The notes beneath the pieces are model-generated. The model searched no databases, was not told the DNA's origin, and saw nothing but the letters and a program-made list of their open reading frames with translations. The translations under genes and the position numbers were made by a program. From Planctomycetota bacterium (lineage in GTDB: Bacteria > Planctomycetota > UBA11346), in assembly GCA_031426335.1 (NCBI GenBank), contig JANPLC010000111.1, forward strand, positions 2,384-66,383: a stretch of DNA of 64,000 bases. Reading direction: 5' to 3'. This document shows, piece by piece, positions 1 to 9,777 of this stretch. How positions within the stretch are numbered: position 1 is the first letter of the stretch; each line of letters starts with the position of its first letter.

Positions 1-276
1 ACGTTTTACAATCCGCAGGAGCATCTGGAATTCGACTGGCTCCAACAACCGGAGGATTACCGGAAAGGCTTGGTGACGTTGATTGAAGAGGGGTTGCGTC
101 ACGACGATGATTTGATCCAGCAATGGTTTGGCGCTGACGACGTTCTCACATTGTTGCGTGCGGCAAAAACTTGGGACGAAATGTTGATGGCTGTCGAGGC
201 CATCTGTGGTGCCCACGAATCTGAATCCAGCGTTCGGAATTACGTCGAAACGGTTCTGGGAAAATCCGATCCCTGA
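1..276 (+). CDS. 3' end of a gene that starts upstream of the window (partial CDS, hypothetical protein)
   Basis: The frame of ORF 70..276 stays open back to nt 1 (TFYNPQEHLEFDWLQQPEDYRKGL...); stop at 274-276. I recognise no family. Confidence 0.35.
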   Translation, partial: TFYNPQEHLEFDWLQQPEDYRKGLVTLIEEGLRHDDDLIQQWFGADDVLTLLRAAKTWDEMLMAVEAICGAHESESSVRNYVETVLGKSDP

Positions 277-306
277 GACGCGTGAGGTTGTAGGTCAGTT
301 CTCGGG

Positions 307-1320
307 TTACCCAAACGCCGCGCGCAACACGTGATCCCCGCCCGGCCCGCGGCTGTTGATCATGCGCAGCACCGCCGCGTCGAGCGCTTCGTCGCCCAGG
401 TGTAGGCAGTCGCGCAGGTACTCGCCGTCGCCGAGAAACATCGGCCACACCTGCTTCATCGCCTTCGGGTCGAAACTGCCGAGCACGGTTTCCAGTTTCG
501 CTAGGCGCTCGCCGCCTTCGGGCAGATCCGCATCCGCACCGGCATAGAGGAAAAGAATGCGGCTGGCGGCCGGCACCGACAGCGGATGGCGCACGTCCTT
601 GCCGCTGATGCCGCATACCAGGCCGTAGAGGAATGACGGGCGCTGGTAATCGAACAAGGAATGCAGCGTGATCTGCACGTACTCCGCACCGCCGCGATCT
701 TCGGCCAAGCGGATGAAGAGTTTGTCGCCAAGCGCCTCGCATGAGCCGTGGTAGCTGTAGTGCACGCGGCCGGCGTCGCGCACCTGCATGGTCGCCTGCG
801 CGCCCTGGATGCGGATCAGGCTGCGTTGGATGCGACCGTCGTTGAGGAACGAACACGAGTACGTCAGCCACCAGCCGTCGTGGAAACCCTGGTCGGTGCG
901 GTAACGGCCGTACTCCTGCGCCAGTTGTTCGCGATGATCGCGCGCCTGCACGGCTTGCGCTTCGGTCGAGGCTAAGCGCTCGCGGATCTCCGGCGGCGTC
1001 TGCGCCAACAGCGCGAGGTCGATGAACTGTCGGCGCAACTCGGCGTCGAGGCGCAGCGCATCGGCCCAGCGTGCGAGCTGCTTCGCGTTCGGTTGCCGCG
1101 TGCCGGTGCGGATGCGCGACAAGGTCGAGGCGCTGACCTTCACCGTGCGCGCGAAGTCGGCCATGGTCACGCCCTGACGGCGTACCAGGGAAGCCAGCAG
1201 GTCGCCAAAGGTCGCGTCGTCGAGCATCGCTGTGAGGGTACTCCGCTTGCCGCTGTCCGGCAACGGCGGCCGAGGGAAATCCCCGGCACTGTGCGGCGCG
1301 CCGACGTGAACGTACGGCAT
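307..1320 (-). CDS. XRE-family helix-turn-helix transcriptional regulator with a C-terminal domain of unknown function
   Basis: 337-aa ORF. N-terminal HTH signature TMADFARTVKVSASTLSRIRTGTRQPNAKQLARWADAL. Divergent from the membrane-protein gene at 1464. The overlapping ORF 146..871 is judged spurious. Confidence 0.6.
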   Translation of the reverse strand: MPYVHVGAPHSAGDFPRPPLPDSGKRSTLTAMLDDATFGDLLASLVRRQGVTMADFARTVKVSASTLSRIRTGTRQPNAKQLARWADALRLDAELRRQFIDLALLAQTPPEIRERLASTEAQAVQARDHREQLAQEYGRYRTDQGFHDGWWLTYSCSFLNDGRIQRSLIRIQGAQATMQVRDAGRVHYSYHGSCEALGDKLFIRLAEDRGGAEYVQITLHSLFDYQRPSFLYGLVCGISGKDVRHPLSVPAASRILFLYAGADADLPEGGERLAKLETVLGSFDPKAMKQVWPMFLGDGEYLRDCLHLGDEALDAAVLRMINSRGPGGDHVLRAAFG

Positions 1321-1463
1321 TTACCGAGTCTGGTAGCGCTTCCTGGCCCTGCGTGGCAATAAATTGCCAAAAACGCGCACGCCGTACCAGCTACGCCTCA
1401 CATTCGGGCATGGCTGACGAACGACCCTGGGGCTACCTTTCAGCCAAGCAGGCGGAGGTTGCC

Positions 1464-3230
1464 ATGACTGATCACGAACCCACCCCGGTCCACACCACCA
1501 TCGATCCGCAGGCGCTCGATCCGGTGCCACCGCCGCCACTGAAGCCGAGCGACCCGCGACGCAGTACCACGCACGTGATGCGCCACGGCAAGCCGCTGCC
1601 TGGGCAGTCGGCCTTCCTCGCCTGGCCGGCGGCGTCGAGCATGGTGTTCCTGCTCAGCGCCGCGTGCCTGCTGGGCGGCGCGTGGACGGTGTTTTCCGCC
1701 CTGGGCATCGATCCGGACCAGGTGCACGAACGCCTGGGCATGATCGGCACCGTGCACCTCTACGAACTCGCCCTGGTCGGTGTCGCGCTGCTGCTGTGCC
1801 GTTTCCAGCGCGGGAATCCCGATGCCATCGGACCGGTGATCCTCGGTGCGTGTTTCCTGGTCGGTTCGGCGGTCACGCTCGACTTGGTGTCGATCGACCG
1901 TCCCTGGTGGACGCTGGTGGTCGGCGCGATCGGTCTGGCGGCCGCCGTCGGCAAGGCCCGGGTGTTGGCTCGTGTCGGAGGTGGTTCCAGCAACGGCTTG
2001 CTGCTGCTGGTCCTGGCGGCGCTGGTGGCGTGGAACCTGCTGTGGCCGGGGGTGATGGGGTTGTACCTGCACTACAGCAAAAGCGGTCTGGTCGGCGCCG
2101 CGTGGTGGATGCCCGGCTGGATCGTGGTGCTGCTCGCCACCGCGCTGCTAGTGATCGGGATCGTCCGTGATGATGGCGTCGGCATCGAACGCCTGCGGCC
2201 GTTCCTGCGTCGTTCCAGCCTGCGCTGGGTACTGGGGATGGCGATCGCCGGCTGTTCCGCGCTGCACCTGCTGGTGCTCGGTTACGTCCACAGCCTCGAC
2301 GTGACCCTCGGTGAGATCCTGCCGGTGATCGCGTTACTGTGCCTGGGTGCGGTCGACTTGCGGCACCGTGCGGCCGGACGCGCGCCTGCGCTCGATCAGG
2401 CGCTGTTGGTGATCCCGGCCATTCTGGCGCTGATAGCGGTCCTGCGGCAGGAACACGGCGTGTTGTCGAATCCGCATGCCACTGGCGCAATGTTCACTCC
2501 GGCTTTGGTAATGGCCGGTTATGCGGCGGCACTGTCGTGCCTGGGACGTCATCGCGCGCAGGAAGACTGGCGCTGGATCGCCGGCGGATCCGCCGCGGTG
2601 GGCGTGTTGCTGTGGGGCGCAGGCGCCAACCTGGCCAGCTTCAATTGGGCCATGACCACGCTCGCCGTCACCCTTGGGCTGACCGTACGTGCCTGGCAAC
2701 GCAATGATCCGGAGGCCTTCGCCAAATTCCTCACCGCCTCCGCCACCATCCTGCTCATCCATCCGCAAGCGATCTTCTGGCAGGTGGACCACGGTATCTC
2801 GCCCATTGGCAGCCTGCTGACGGTGGCCGGGAGCATCGTGCTGAGTGTGGCGTTGACCTGGTCCGCTCCGCGCCCAGCGGTTCCGCGTCTGGCGCTGTGG
2901 TTGCTGACCGCCGGCATGCTGGCGCTGTGTGGTGGAAAAGGCGCGACGTCAGCGCCGGCCGTCGTCGCAGCGGTGCTGCTGCTGGCAGTGCACGCCGGGA
3001 CCTGGTGGCGACTGCGCGACAACTGGTGCCTGGGATCGCTGGTGCTGCCCATGGCTGCGCTGATGCCGGTGCTGATGCCGGTCAACAAGGGATGGCTCGC
3101 AGTGTGGGCCGCGTTCCTGCTGCTGGCGGCCGGAGTCGCGGTCAGTCGTGCACGGGTGATGACGATGCGGGGACGCCGGAGCGCAGACACTTCCCGACTC
3201 ACCATGGATGATGTGGTCGAGGTGTCGTGA
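1464..3230 (+). CDS. polytopic integral membrane protein (about 14+ predicted TM helices), function unknown
   Basis: Long ORF 1353..3230. In-frame ATG at 1464 is preceded by GGAGG (1455-1459), so it is preferred as the start. The protein is dominated by hydrophobic helices (LLLVLAALVAWNLLWPGVMGLYL etc.). Confidence 0.55.
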   Translation: MTDHEPTPVHTTIDPQALDPVPPPPLKPSDPRRSTTHVMRHGKPLPGQSAFLAWPAASSMVFLLSAACLLGGAWTVFSALGIDPDQVHERLGMIGTVHLYELALVGVALLLCRFQRGNPDAIGPVILGACFLVGSAVTLDLVSIDRPWWTLVVGAIGLAAAVGKARVLARVGGGSSNGLLLLVLAALVAWNLLWPGVMGLYLHYSKSGLVGAAWWMPGWIVVLLATALLVIGIVRDDGVGIERLRPFLRRSSLRWVLGMAIAGCSALHLLVLGYVHSLDVTLGEILPVIALLCLGAVDLRHRAAGRAPALDQALLVIPAILALIAVLRQEHGVLSNPHATGAMFTPALVMAGYAAALSCLGRHRAQEDWRWIAGGSAAVGVLLWGAGANLASFNWAMTTLAVTLGLTVRAWQRNDPEAFAKFLTASATILLIHPQAIFWQVDHGISPIGSLLTVAGSIVLSVALTWSAPRPAVPRLALWLLTAGMLALCGGKGATSAPAVVAAVLLLAVHAGTWWRLRDNWCLGSLVLPMAALMPVLMPVNKGWLAVWAAFLLLAAGVAVSRARVMTMRGRRSADTSRLTMDDVVEVS

Positions 3231-3303
3231 CGAATCCCACCAGCAGAAGAGCTGCACAATTACGTACTCAGGATAGCGCCGGCAACTTCCGGATGAGTCC
3301 TGT

Positions 3304-3660
3304 GTGTATATGCGGATGCAGACAGGAACTGAGTCCGTGAAGTACAAGTTGTATTACTTCGGCGCCGTTCTGTTTGGTGTGATCACCGGCCTTAATTTGC
3401 TCCTAGATCTTGGCGTCATGAATGTGGTTATCTGTGGTCCTGGTCCCAGTTACTACATCATTCGCGACCTGAAGGAGGCCATAATCACCGCGACGCTCGG
3501 CGTCATCCACCTCTGGCTGGTCTATTGCTGGGCTATCCGCAATTACCGCAGTGAGGGGATTTTTGGTTTCATGCCGACGATGGCCATCTTGGCTTTGTCT
3601 TTTATCGCCATGGCCAGCGTGATGAGATATGTCGTCATGATCGTTGTGGCGTGCTCATGA
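3304..3660 (+). CDS. small hydrophobic membrane protein encoded in a local low-GC islet
   Basis: 118-aa ORF with 3-4 predicted TM segments. The surrounding ~420 bp (3240..3660) is clearly more AT-rich than the flanks. Start is uncertain (ATG 3304 or GTG 3337). Confidence 0.4.
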   Translation: MYMRMQTGTESVKYKLYYFGAVLFGVITGLNLLLDLGVMNVVICGPGPSYYIIRDLKEAIITATLGVIHLWLVYCWAIRNYRSEGIFGFMPTMAILALSFIAMASVMRYVVMIVVACS

Positions 3661-3705
3661 ATCAGCTCCTGGCGCACTCCCAATCCGATTTTCTGATGCA
3701 TGACT

Positions 3706-3993
3706 TCAGTGCCGCAGCGCATTCTCGAACGACGACTCCACCATCGCCTTCAGCGAGGCGCTCCACGCTTCGCTCAGCGGGCCGTCGGGACGGACGACGA
3801 TGAAACATTCGGCTTCGTGCAGCAAGCGAGTGAGGGTTTCTTCGTCGCCGACATGACAACGCCGGCTGAGGTAACGCTTGAGCGTCAGCTCGGTGGTGCC
3901 GGCGGCCAGCGCCCACTCGCGCATGGTGAAGCCACGCAGCTCCATCAGCGGAGCGAAGCGGCGGACCTCGTTGAGCAGGTGGGCGCTGAGCAT
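3706..3993 (-). CDS. small HTH-like DNA-binding protein (about 96 aa)
   Basis: C-terminal part of ORF 3706..4407. The internal ATG at 3991-3993 (minus strand) gives MLSAHLLNEVRRFAPLMELRGFTMREWALAAGTTELTLKRYLSRR, which is HTH-like. The Arg-rich N-terminal extension of the long ORF overlaps the neighbouring gene and is rejected. Confidence 0.35.
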   Translation of the reverse strand: MLSAHLLNEVRRFAPLMELRGFTMREWALAAGTTELTLKRYLSRRCHVGDEETLTRLLHEAECFIVVRPDGPLSEAWSASLKAMVESSFENALRH

Positions 3994-4133
3994 GGGATTA
4001 TCCTCGCGTCCTGCCGGGAGGGCAGGGCTGGCGATCCTAGGTCGCCGCGTCGAGGTGGGAACCACGTGTGCAGGGCTGCTGCCACGCGGGCGAGTGGGAC
4101 ACGGTGTCGAAAACCAACGGTAAACGAACGGAT

Positions 4134-5114
4134 TCACTTCGCCGGTTCGGGTTCCGCTGGCGTTTTGGCTGGCTCTGCCGGTTCCGCCGGCTCTTCGATC
4201 ACTTCGATCACCGGCTCCGGTTCGCTGCCTTTGCGCATCGCCGTCCAACTGGTCGGACGATCGACCTTGTCGGTGACGCGGGCGTTGAAGCCGAGGTCGT
4301 TGTCGCCCAGGGTGAAGCTGAAGCCGCCTTGCTGCGTGCCCTGGCCGGTCCATTTGCCGACCACGTGACGGCCTTTGACGTCGCCGGAGAGCGAGCCGTC
4401 CTTCCACGTGCCCTTCACCACCGCGCCGTCCTGGGTCAGCGTCAGTTCACCCCACTCCTGATCACTGCACAGCCAGGTGCCGATCCACGGTTCGTACTTC
4501 GCCGTCATCATCTGCTCGACGGTATCCTTGAAGCGTTTCTCCCACGCCCACTTGGTCGGGCCGATGGTGACCTTCACCTGCGTCAGGATGGCTTTGCGCA
4601 GCACCACCGTCGGCGGGTCGTCAGGGTCGAGCGACAGTTGTTTCGCCAGCTGGAGCTGATCGCGCAGGATGACGAAGCGCTGGCGTTCGAAGGTGGCTGC
4701 CTGGTCCTCGCCTGACGGCGGCATGGCCTTGGCGTCCCCACCGGACTCTGCCGCCAGGCGGGCCTTGTCGCGCGCGGCGACCTGTTCACGCAGAGCCTTG
4801 TCGGCGGCCTGCTCCGCCGGCGTCATCGCGCGTTTGCGCGCGAAGAGGTTCTTGAGCTTCGCTGATTTGGCGTCGATGCGCCGGGCGAAGGCGATGGCCT
4901 GCTCGCGCAGCTCCAGTTCGAGTGAGCCGCCCTTGTTGTCACCACCGGCGCTGGCGAACTCCACCAGTTGGTCGATGTGGGTGGCCTTGAGCTTTTCCCA
5001 GGTGTCCGCCGTCGGCGGTGCGACGTAGGCGGGCGGTGCTGGCGGGGCATCGCCGGCGATCAGCACCACGGCCAGCAGGCCGAGGGCAAGCGGACGAAGA
5101 ATGGGCATCGTCAT
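4134..5114 (-). CDS. secreted hypothetical protein (signal peptide; C-terminal EPAEPAEPAKTPAEPEPAK low-complexity tail)
   Basis: ORF 4134..5228. The internal start MTMPILRPLALGLLAVVLIAG at 5114 gives a classic signal peptide. The rest is hydrophilic with a coiled-coil-like region. Confidence 0.5.
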   Translation of the reverse strand: MTMPILRPLALGLLAVVLIAGDAPPAPPAYVAPPTADTWEKLKATHIDQLVEFASAGGDNKGGSLELELREQAIAFARRIDAKSAKLKNLFARKRAMTPAEQAADKALREQVAARDKARLAAESGGDAKAMPPSGEDQAATFERQRFVILRDQLQLAKQLSLDPDDPPTVVLRKAILTQVKVTIGPTKWAWEKRFKDTVEQMMTAKYEPWIGTWLCSDQEWGELTLTQDGAVVKGTWKDGSLSGDVKGRHVVGKWTGQGTQQGGFSFTLGDNDLGFNARVTDKVDRPTSWTAMRKGSEPEPVIEVIEEPAEPAEPAKTPAEPEPAK

Positions 5115-5276
5115 GGCAGAGCCTCCAGCGGTATCCCGAACGACGCCGTATCTGCCGACTTCCGGACCGCAGACCAGTGGCGGACGGCCTAGGCGTTCTG
5201 GGCCATATGATTGGGTAGCCTTTCCCATTCAGCCCGAGGGCAGGACGAAGGTTGACCCACGTGGGAAAGCACTCAA

Positions 5277-5582
5277 GTGGGCCGAAAGAATCCCATGTAC
5301 GATCTGTTTTCGGTATTCTATGTGTTCCTGGGGATTCCCGTGATCCTGGCGTTTGTTTTCGGTCGCTGGGTACAGCACACGGGATGGATGATCCTGCTGT
5401 GGCTGTCAGTGAGCTGGTGGTGGTTGATCTTTTTGTTTGGCGCGGGGAACGCACCGACCAACGTCAAGGAGCTGGCTATTTGGATAGCGGGCTGCTTAGT
5501 GAGCGCCGTGATCACTGCGGGACCGCTCGCCCTTGGCCGGTGGCGGCGAAACCGTTGGCGCCAGGGCGTGGACAAGATCTGA
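5277..5582 (+). CDS. small membrane protein (Trp-rich TM segments)
   Basis: 101-aa ORF with hydrophobic segments VFYVFLGIPVILAFVF and MILLWLSVSWWWLIFLF. Convergent with the malic enzyme gene. Confidence 0.35.
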   Translation: MGRKNPMYDLFSVFYVFLGIPVILAFVFGRWVQHTGWMILLWLSVSWWWLIFLFGAGNAPTNVKELAIWIAGCLVSAVITAGPLALGRWRRNRWRQGVDKI

Positions 5583-5613
5583 CTTTTGGCGACAGCCCGG
5601 AGAGGGATCAAAA

Positions 5614-6951
5614 CTACTTGGACTTCGCGTCCTCGCGTTTGTAGGCGTCGGTCGCCGCGGCGATCACCGCGGTGTGGACCTCGGGGTGCAATGGGCTGGG
5701 CACCAGTTCGTCCGGACCGGCGAGCGAACTGATCGCGCGCGCCGCGGCGATCTTCATCGCTGGCGTGATGGCCTTGCGCCGGCCATCGAGGGCGGCGCGG
5801 AACAGGCCGGGATACGCCAGGGCATTGTTGACGCTCTTGCCGTCGGCGGCGTAGGCGGCGCCGGCGTCGAGCGCTTCTTCCGGGAAGATCTCCGGGATCG
5901 GATTCGACAGCGACAAGATGATCTGGCCTTTCTGGATCATCTCCGGCTTGATCAGGCCGACCACGCCGGTGGTGGCGATGACGATGTCGGCGCGCTTCAT
6001 CGCGTCTTCGAGCGTCGCGATGTCGCCGCCGACGTTTTCCAGGCGCGCGCAGGCAGAGTCGTTGCGATCGACGCCCAGGACCCGGAAGCCGGCCTGGATC
6101 AGCAGCTTGGCGATGCCGAAGCCCGCCGCGCCGAGACCGATCTGAGCGCAGACCAGATCGCGACGGCCGTCACGGTTGGTGTGGCGCAGCGCGGTCAGCA
6201 CCGCCGCCAACAACACCGTCGCCGTGCCGTGCTGGTCGTCATGCATCACCGGCTTGGGGATGCGCCGGATGAGTTCGTCTTCGATACGAAAACAGTCCGG
6301 CATGCGGATGTCTTCCAGATGGATGCCCGCGAAGGTCGGCGCGACGCGCACGACGGTTTCGATGAACTCCGCGGGATCCTTGGTGTCGACCAGGATCGGC
6401 ACCGCGCTGATGCCGACGAACTGGTCATAGATCACCGCCTTGCCTTCCATCACCGGCATGCCGGCGACCGGCCCGATGTCGCCCAGGCCGAGCACACGCG
6501 TGCCGTTGGTGAAGATGCCGACACTGTTGCCGATGCCGGTCAGTTCGAGCGCCTTGGCCGGATCCCGTTGGATGGCGCGGCAGACGCGCGCCACGCCTGG
6601 CGTGTAGATGTAGCGCAGGTCGGACAGCAGCTTGATGTCCTGTTTGCGCCCACAGTGGATCTTGCCGCCTTGATGACGGGCGAAGACCAGATCACAGGTC
6701 TCGACCACTTCGGCTTCGGTGTTGGCGCGGATGGCAGCCAGCACCTGCGTCAGGTGATCGTCGTCGTACACCGAGATGGTGATCTCGCGGATGCTGTGGT
6801 AGGGCGAGATGCTGCGCGTGGTGAGGTCGCCGACGAGGGCGCCGACTTCGCCAATGGCGGACAGTAGCTTACCCAGCGCACCCGCGCGGTGCGGGTTACG
6901 CACCACCAGCACGATGTCTTGATCTGGGAAACGTGGACGTTTGGGATCCAT
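5614..6951 (-). CDS. NAD(P)-dependent malic enzyme with an N-terminal ACT-like regulatory domain
   Basis: Conserved malic-enzyme motifs are present ([61 protein letters not shown]). Preferred start is MDPKRPRF (ATG at 6949-6951, minus strand); the 87-codon upstream extension in the ORF track is unlikely to be translated. Confidence 0.85.
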   Translation of the reverse strand: MDPKRPRFPDQDIVLVVRNPHRAGALGKLLSAIGEVGALVGDLTTRSISPYHSIREITISVYDDDHLTQVLAAIRANTEAEVVETCDLVFARHQGGKIHCGRKQDIKLLSDLRYIYTPGVARVCRAIQRDPAKALELTGIGNSVGIFTNGTRVLGLGDIGPVAGMPVMEGKAVIYDQFVGISAVPILVDTKDPAEFIETVVRVAPTFAGIHLEDIRMPDCFRIEDELIRRIPKPVMHDDQHGTATVLLAAVLTALRHTNRDGRRDLVCAQIGLGAAGFGIAKLLIQAGFRVLGVDRNDSACARLENVGGDIATLEDAMKRADIVIATTGVVGLIKPEMIQKGQIILSLSNPIPEIFPEEALDAGAAYAADGKSVNNALAYPGLFRAALDGRRKAITPAMKIAAARAISSLAGPDELVPSPLHPEVHTAVIAAATDAYKREDAKSK

Positions 6952-7109
6952 GGCTGCTCCGGCGTGCTCAGCGAACCCTAGGAGTGCCGCGAGAGTCGCC
7001 AAGCGTGTTGGCCAGCGCAGATGACCGGTAGCGGCACGTCCAGTGCCACATGATGAAGCGGTTGTGAGGATCTGCTCATGCCTGCGATCGGCTTCAACGC
7101 CAGCTGCAC

Positions 7110-7418
7110 CTATTCGGGTTGTCCCGATTCCTGATCGGACTGGCGGTCCTTCGGTCGTGCGTGCGTGGCGATGACGAACCACACGGCACAAGCACTGAGT
7201 CCGCCGAGCCACACCAGCAACGATCCGGTAGTGCCAAGAAACGCGGCGGCACGATCGAGTGAGCGTTCGCGACGACCGGCCGCGTCATGATCCTTTATCT
7301 CTCCGGCTTCGAGCTCACGTGCCTTGCTGAACAACAGCCAGCCGAACACCAACACCAGGAAGGCGACCAGCAACGGGCGACCGACTGACGAGTCGCGCAG
7401 GTACTTCATCCACGACAT
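7110..7418 (-). CDS. small two-TM membrane protein, distal gene of the symporter operon
   Basis: 102-aa ORF 25 nt downstream of the SSS transporter gene on the same strand, with two hydrophobic helices. Confidence 0.4.
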   Translation of the reverse strand: MSWMKYLRDSSVGRPLLVAFLVLVFGWLLFSKARELEAGEIKDHDAAGRRERSLDRAAAFLGTTGSLLVWLGGLSACAVWFVIATHARPKDRQSDQESGQPE

Positions 7419-7442
7419 GGGAACCTCCGTCGGATCGTCGGA

Positions 7443-9359
7443 TCAGGTGGTCGTTGTCGCCGGCTTGCGCGTCATCAACGACACCACGATCAGCACGAGG
7501 AAGCCCAGCGGTACGGTAACAATGGCGGGTTGACTGAACGGCACGATGGCATTGGCCGCGGCGTCGGTGGCAGTGAAGTTGTAGACGTACTGGAGCGCTT
7601 CTTTGCTGCCGAGCACCCAGCCGAGCGACACCACCATGCCAATGAAGATCGCCCAGGTGATGCCCTGTTTGGTGGTGCCCTTCCAGAACAGCAACATTAC
7701 CAACGACGGCAGATTGGCCGACGCCGCGATGTTGAAGGCCCAGCCGACCAGGAAGTTGACGTTCATCTTTTCAAAGACGATGCCGAGCAGAATGGCGATG
7801 ATGCCAACTACCACCGCGGCCAGCTTCGCGACGTGTACTTGGCGTTCGTCACCCAGGTCAATCTTGAAGACGTTGGTCACCAAGTCGTGCGCCACCGCGC
7901 CGCTCGCCGCCATGATCAGCCCGCTGACGGTGCCGAGCACGGTGGTGAAGGCGACGGCGGAAATCACCGCGAACAGCAGCTCATTGAAGCCCTTCGCCAA
8001 CAGCGGCGCCGACATGTTGCTGTTGGTCGGATCAAGCGTGCCGCCGGTCATCGCACCCAGGCCGAGGTACAGCGTCAGTACGTAGAAGAAGCCGATCGCG
8101 GCGATGCCCATGATGGTGCTCTTACGCGCGCTGACTTGATCCTTCACCGTGTAGTAACGAATCAGGATGTGCGGCAGCGACGCGGTGCCCAGGAACAGTG
8201 CCAGCATCAGCGACAGGAAGTCGATCTTCGCCACCGTGCTGTCGCTGCGCAGACCGGCGAAGGTCGGTGATCCGCCGGCGGTCAGGATATCCGCGCCCTT
8301 GGTCGGCGACTGGTAATAAATCGTGGTGCCGTCGATGGTCGCGCTCTTCCACAAGATGATCTCGCTCTCCTGGAACACGCGAAAGAACTCGAACGGGCCG
8401 AGCGGGCCGGTCTCTTCTTTGCCATTCGGGAGTTTGGACACCGTGCCGATGGGATGCAGGTCGTTCGTGGCTGACGACGGCTTGCCGTTTTTCAGCACTA
8501 CGCCGTCAGCGCCCTTGGAAACGGTCTGGGTTTCCGACAGCAGTTCGACTCCTTCGACACCAGCGGGATCCTTGCCGGCCTTACGCCACACCTGCACGGT
8601 GCCATCAGCGGCTTTCACCCGCACGAAGGGTTTGTCTTTCCAGCCGCCGTCCTCCGGCAGCACCGTCACGCCGTCGGCCTTCAGCACCTGCTCGGCGGGT
8701 TTAACCGCGAAACGGTGGGCCTTGGCGTCACCTGGCGTGGTGTCGAAACCACGGAACAGAATCATGATGGTCATCAGCGTGCATAGCCCGACCAGCAGAC
8801 CGCCCTTGATGAACTGCACCCAGGTGGTCGAGACCATGCCGGCAGTGGCGACGATGACGATCACCACGCTGCCAACGGCGGTCACGCCCATCCAGTGGTC
8901 CCAGCCGAGCAGCGGTTTGATCAACGCGCCGGCGCCGACCATCTGCGGGATAAGGTAAAAAATCGACACCACGAGCGTGCTGATCGCCGCCGCTAGTTTG
9001 ATGCCGCGCGAATTGAACTTGTTGTCGAGCGCATCGGCAAAGGTGTAGCGCCCCAGCCGCTTCATCGGTTCGGCGATGACAAACAACGCGACGATCCAAC
9101 CAGCAAGGTAACCGATCGAATAAAGAAATCCGTCGTAGCCATAGAACGCAATCATGCCGCAGATGCCCAGGAACGACGCAGCGGACAGGTAGTCGCCGGC
9201 AAAGGCGATGCCGTTGACCCACCACGGCACGCTGCCGCCGGCCGCGAAGAAGCCTTTCGCTGACTTGGCCTTGGCCCCCATGTAAAAACTGATGCCGACG
9301 ACGATGCCGACGAAGGCCAAAAAAATCGCGAGTGAGAGTGGCGACGAAGTGTAGTTCAT
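7443..9359 (-). CDS. sodium:solute symporter (SSS) family transporter, VC_2705-like subtype, with a ~170-aa extracytoplasmic insertion
   Basis: 638-aa polytopic protein with SSS-family motifs (GGSVPWWVNGIAFAGDYLSAASFLG, SLPHILIRYYT). Its start is 2 nt from the stop of the upstream DUF4212 gene. Confidence 0.85.
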   Translation of the reverse strand: MNYTSSPLSLAIFLAFVGIVVGISFYMGAKAKSAKGFFAAGGSVPWWVNGIAFAGDYLSAASFLGICGMIAFYGYDGFLYSIGYLAGWIVALFVIAEPMKRLGRYTFADALDNKFNSRGIKLAAAISTLVVSIFYLIPQMVGAGALIKPLLGWDHWMGVTAVGSVVIVIVATAGMVSTTWVQFIKGGLLVGLCTLMTIMILFRGFDTTPGDAKAHRFAVKPAEQVLKADGVTVLPEDGGWKDKPFVRVKAADGTVQVWRKAGKDPAGVEGVELLSETQTVSKGADGVVLKNGKPSSATNDLHPIGTVSKLPNGKEETGPLGPFEFFRVFQESEIILWKSATIDGTTIYYQSPTKGADILTAGGSPTFAGLRSDSTVAKIDFLSLMLALFLGTASLPHILIRYYTVKDQVSARKSTIMGIAAIGFFYVLTLYLGLGAMTGGTLDPTNSNMSAPLLAKGFNELLFAVISAVAFTTVLGTVSGLIMAASGAVAHDLVTNVFKIDLGDERQVHVAKLAAVVVGIIAILLGIVFEKMNVNFLVGWAFNIAASANLPSLVMLLFWKGTTKQGITWAIFIGMVVSLGWVLGSKEALQYVYNFTATDAAANAIVPFSQPAIVTVPLGFLVLIVVSLMTRKPATTTT

Positions 9360-9360
9360 C

Positions 9361-9639
9361 TCAAGCCGCCTTCGTCACGTCGGCGCCGGGCTGTTTCGCC
9401 AAGAACAAATAGACGATCGCCAAGATCATCGCCGCCGCGATCAGGCCGAAGCCGTAGAGGATCGCCAAGTTGACGCCGCCAAAAGGCTGCGACTTCATCA
9501 CCGCCGGAGCAAAGGTGCTGAGTCCCATGAAGCCGGCATAGAGCGCGCAGTAGACCACAAACAACATCAGCCCCAGGCGCGTGTTGAACGCGACGAGCTC
9601 GGGATGCTCATCTTCGCGAACGTTTTCGTGGTCATGCAT
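9361..9639 (-). CDS. DUF4212-type small membrane protein (putative solute symporter small subunit)
   Basis: 92 aa with two TM helices. The DUF4212 + SSS transporter pairing is an established conserved gene pair. Confidence 0.7.
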   Translation of the reverse strand: MHDHENVREDEHPELVAFNTRLGLMLFVVYCALYAGFMGLSTFAPAVMKSQPFGGVNLAILYGFGLIAAAMILAIVYLFLAKQPGADVTKAA

Positions 9640-9777
9640 GGGTCGCTCCTCGGCACTGTACCGGGCGGGGTCATAGGCGGACGCCCAACAACGGACAACC
9701 GCCGTCTGCCAGATGCGGTTCCGGCATGTGCGTCATGCGTTCGACTCCCCAGGAATCACGCATACCTGGGGTGGTCT

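Noticed and set aside
146-871. 241-aa Arg/Pro-rich ORF on the minus strand overlapping the HTH regulator gene
   Set aside because: Out-of-frame overlap with a well-supported ORF (307..1320). Low-complexity R/P/A composition is typical of spurious frames in high-GC DNA.
1440-2490. Several antisense ORFs (1440..2072, 1873..2490, 2334..2792, 2549..3259) inside the membrane-protein gene
   Set aside because: All lie antisense or out of frame to a long hydrophobic ORF. Their composition (R/P/G/A-rich, no motifs) indicates GC-driven open frames.
5533-6867. 444-aa plus-strand ORF antisense to the malic enzyme gene
   Set aside because: The malic enzyme ORF has unambiguous family motifs. The antisense frame is D/R/G/A low-complexity.
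7530-8958. Plus-strand ORFs (246, 160 and 211 aa) antisense to the SSS transporter
   Set aside because: They overlap a motif-supported transporter gene and have no features of their own.
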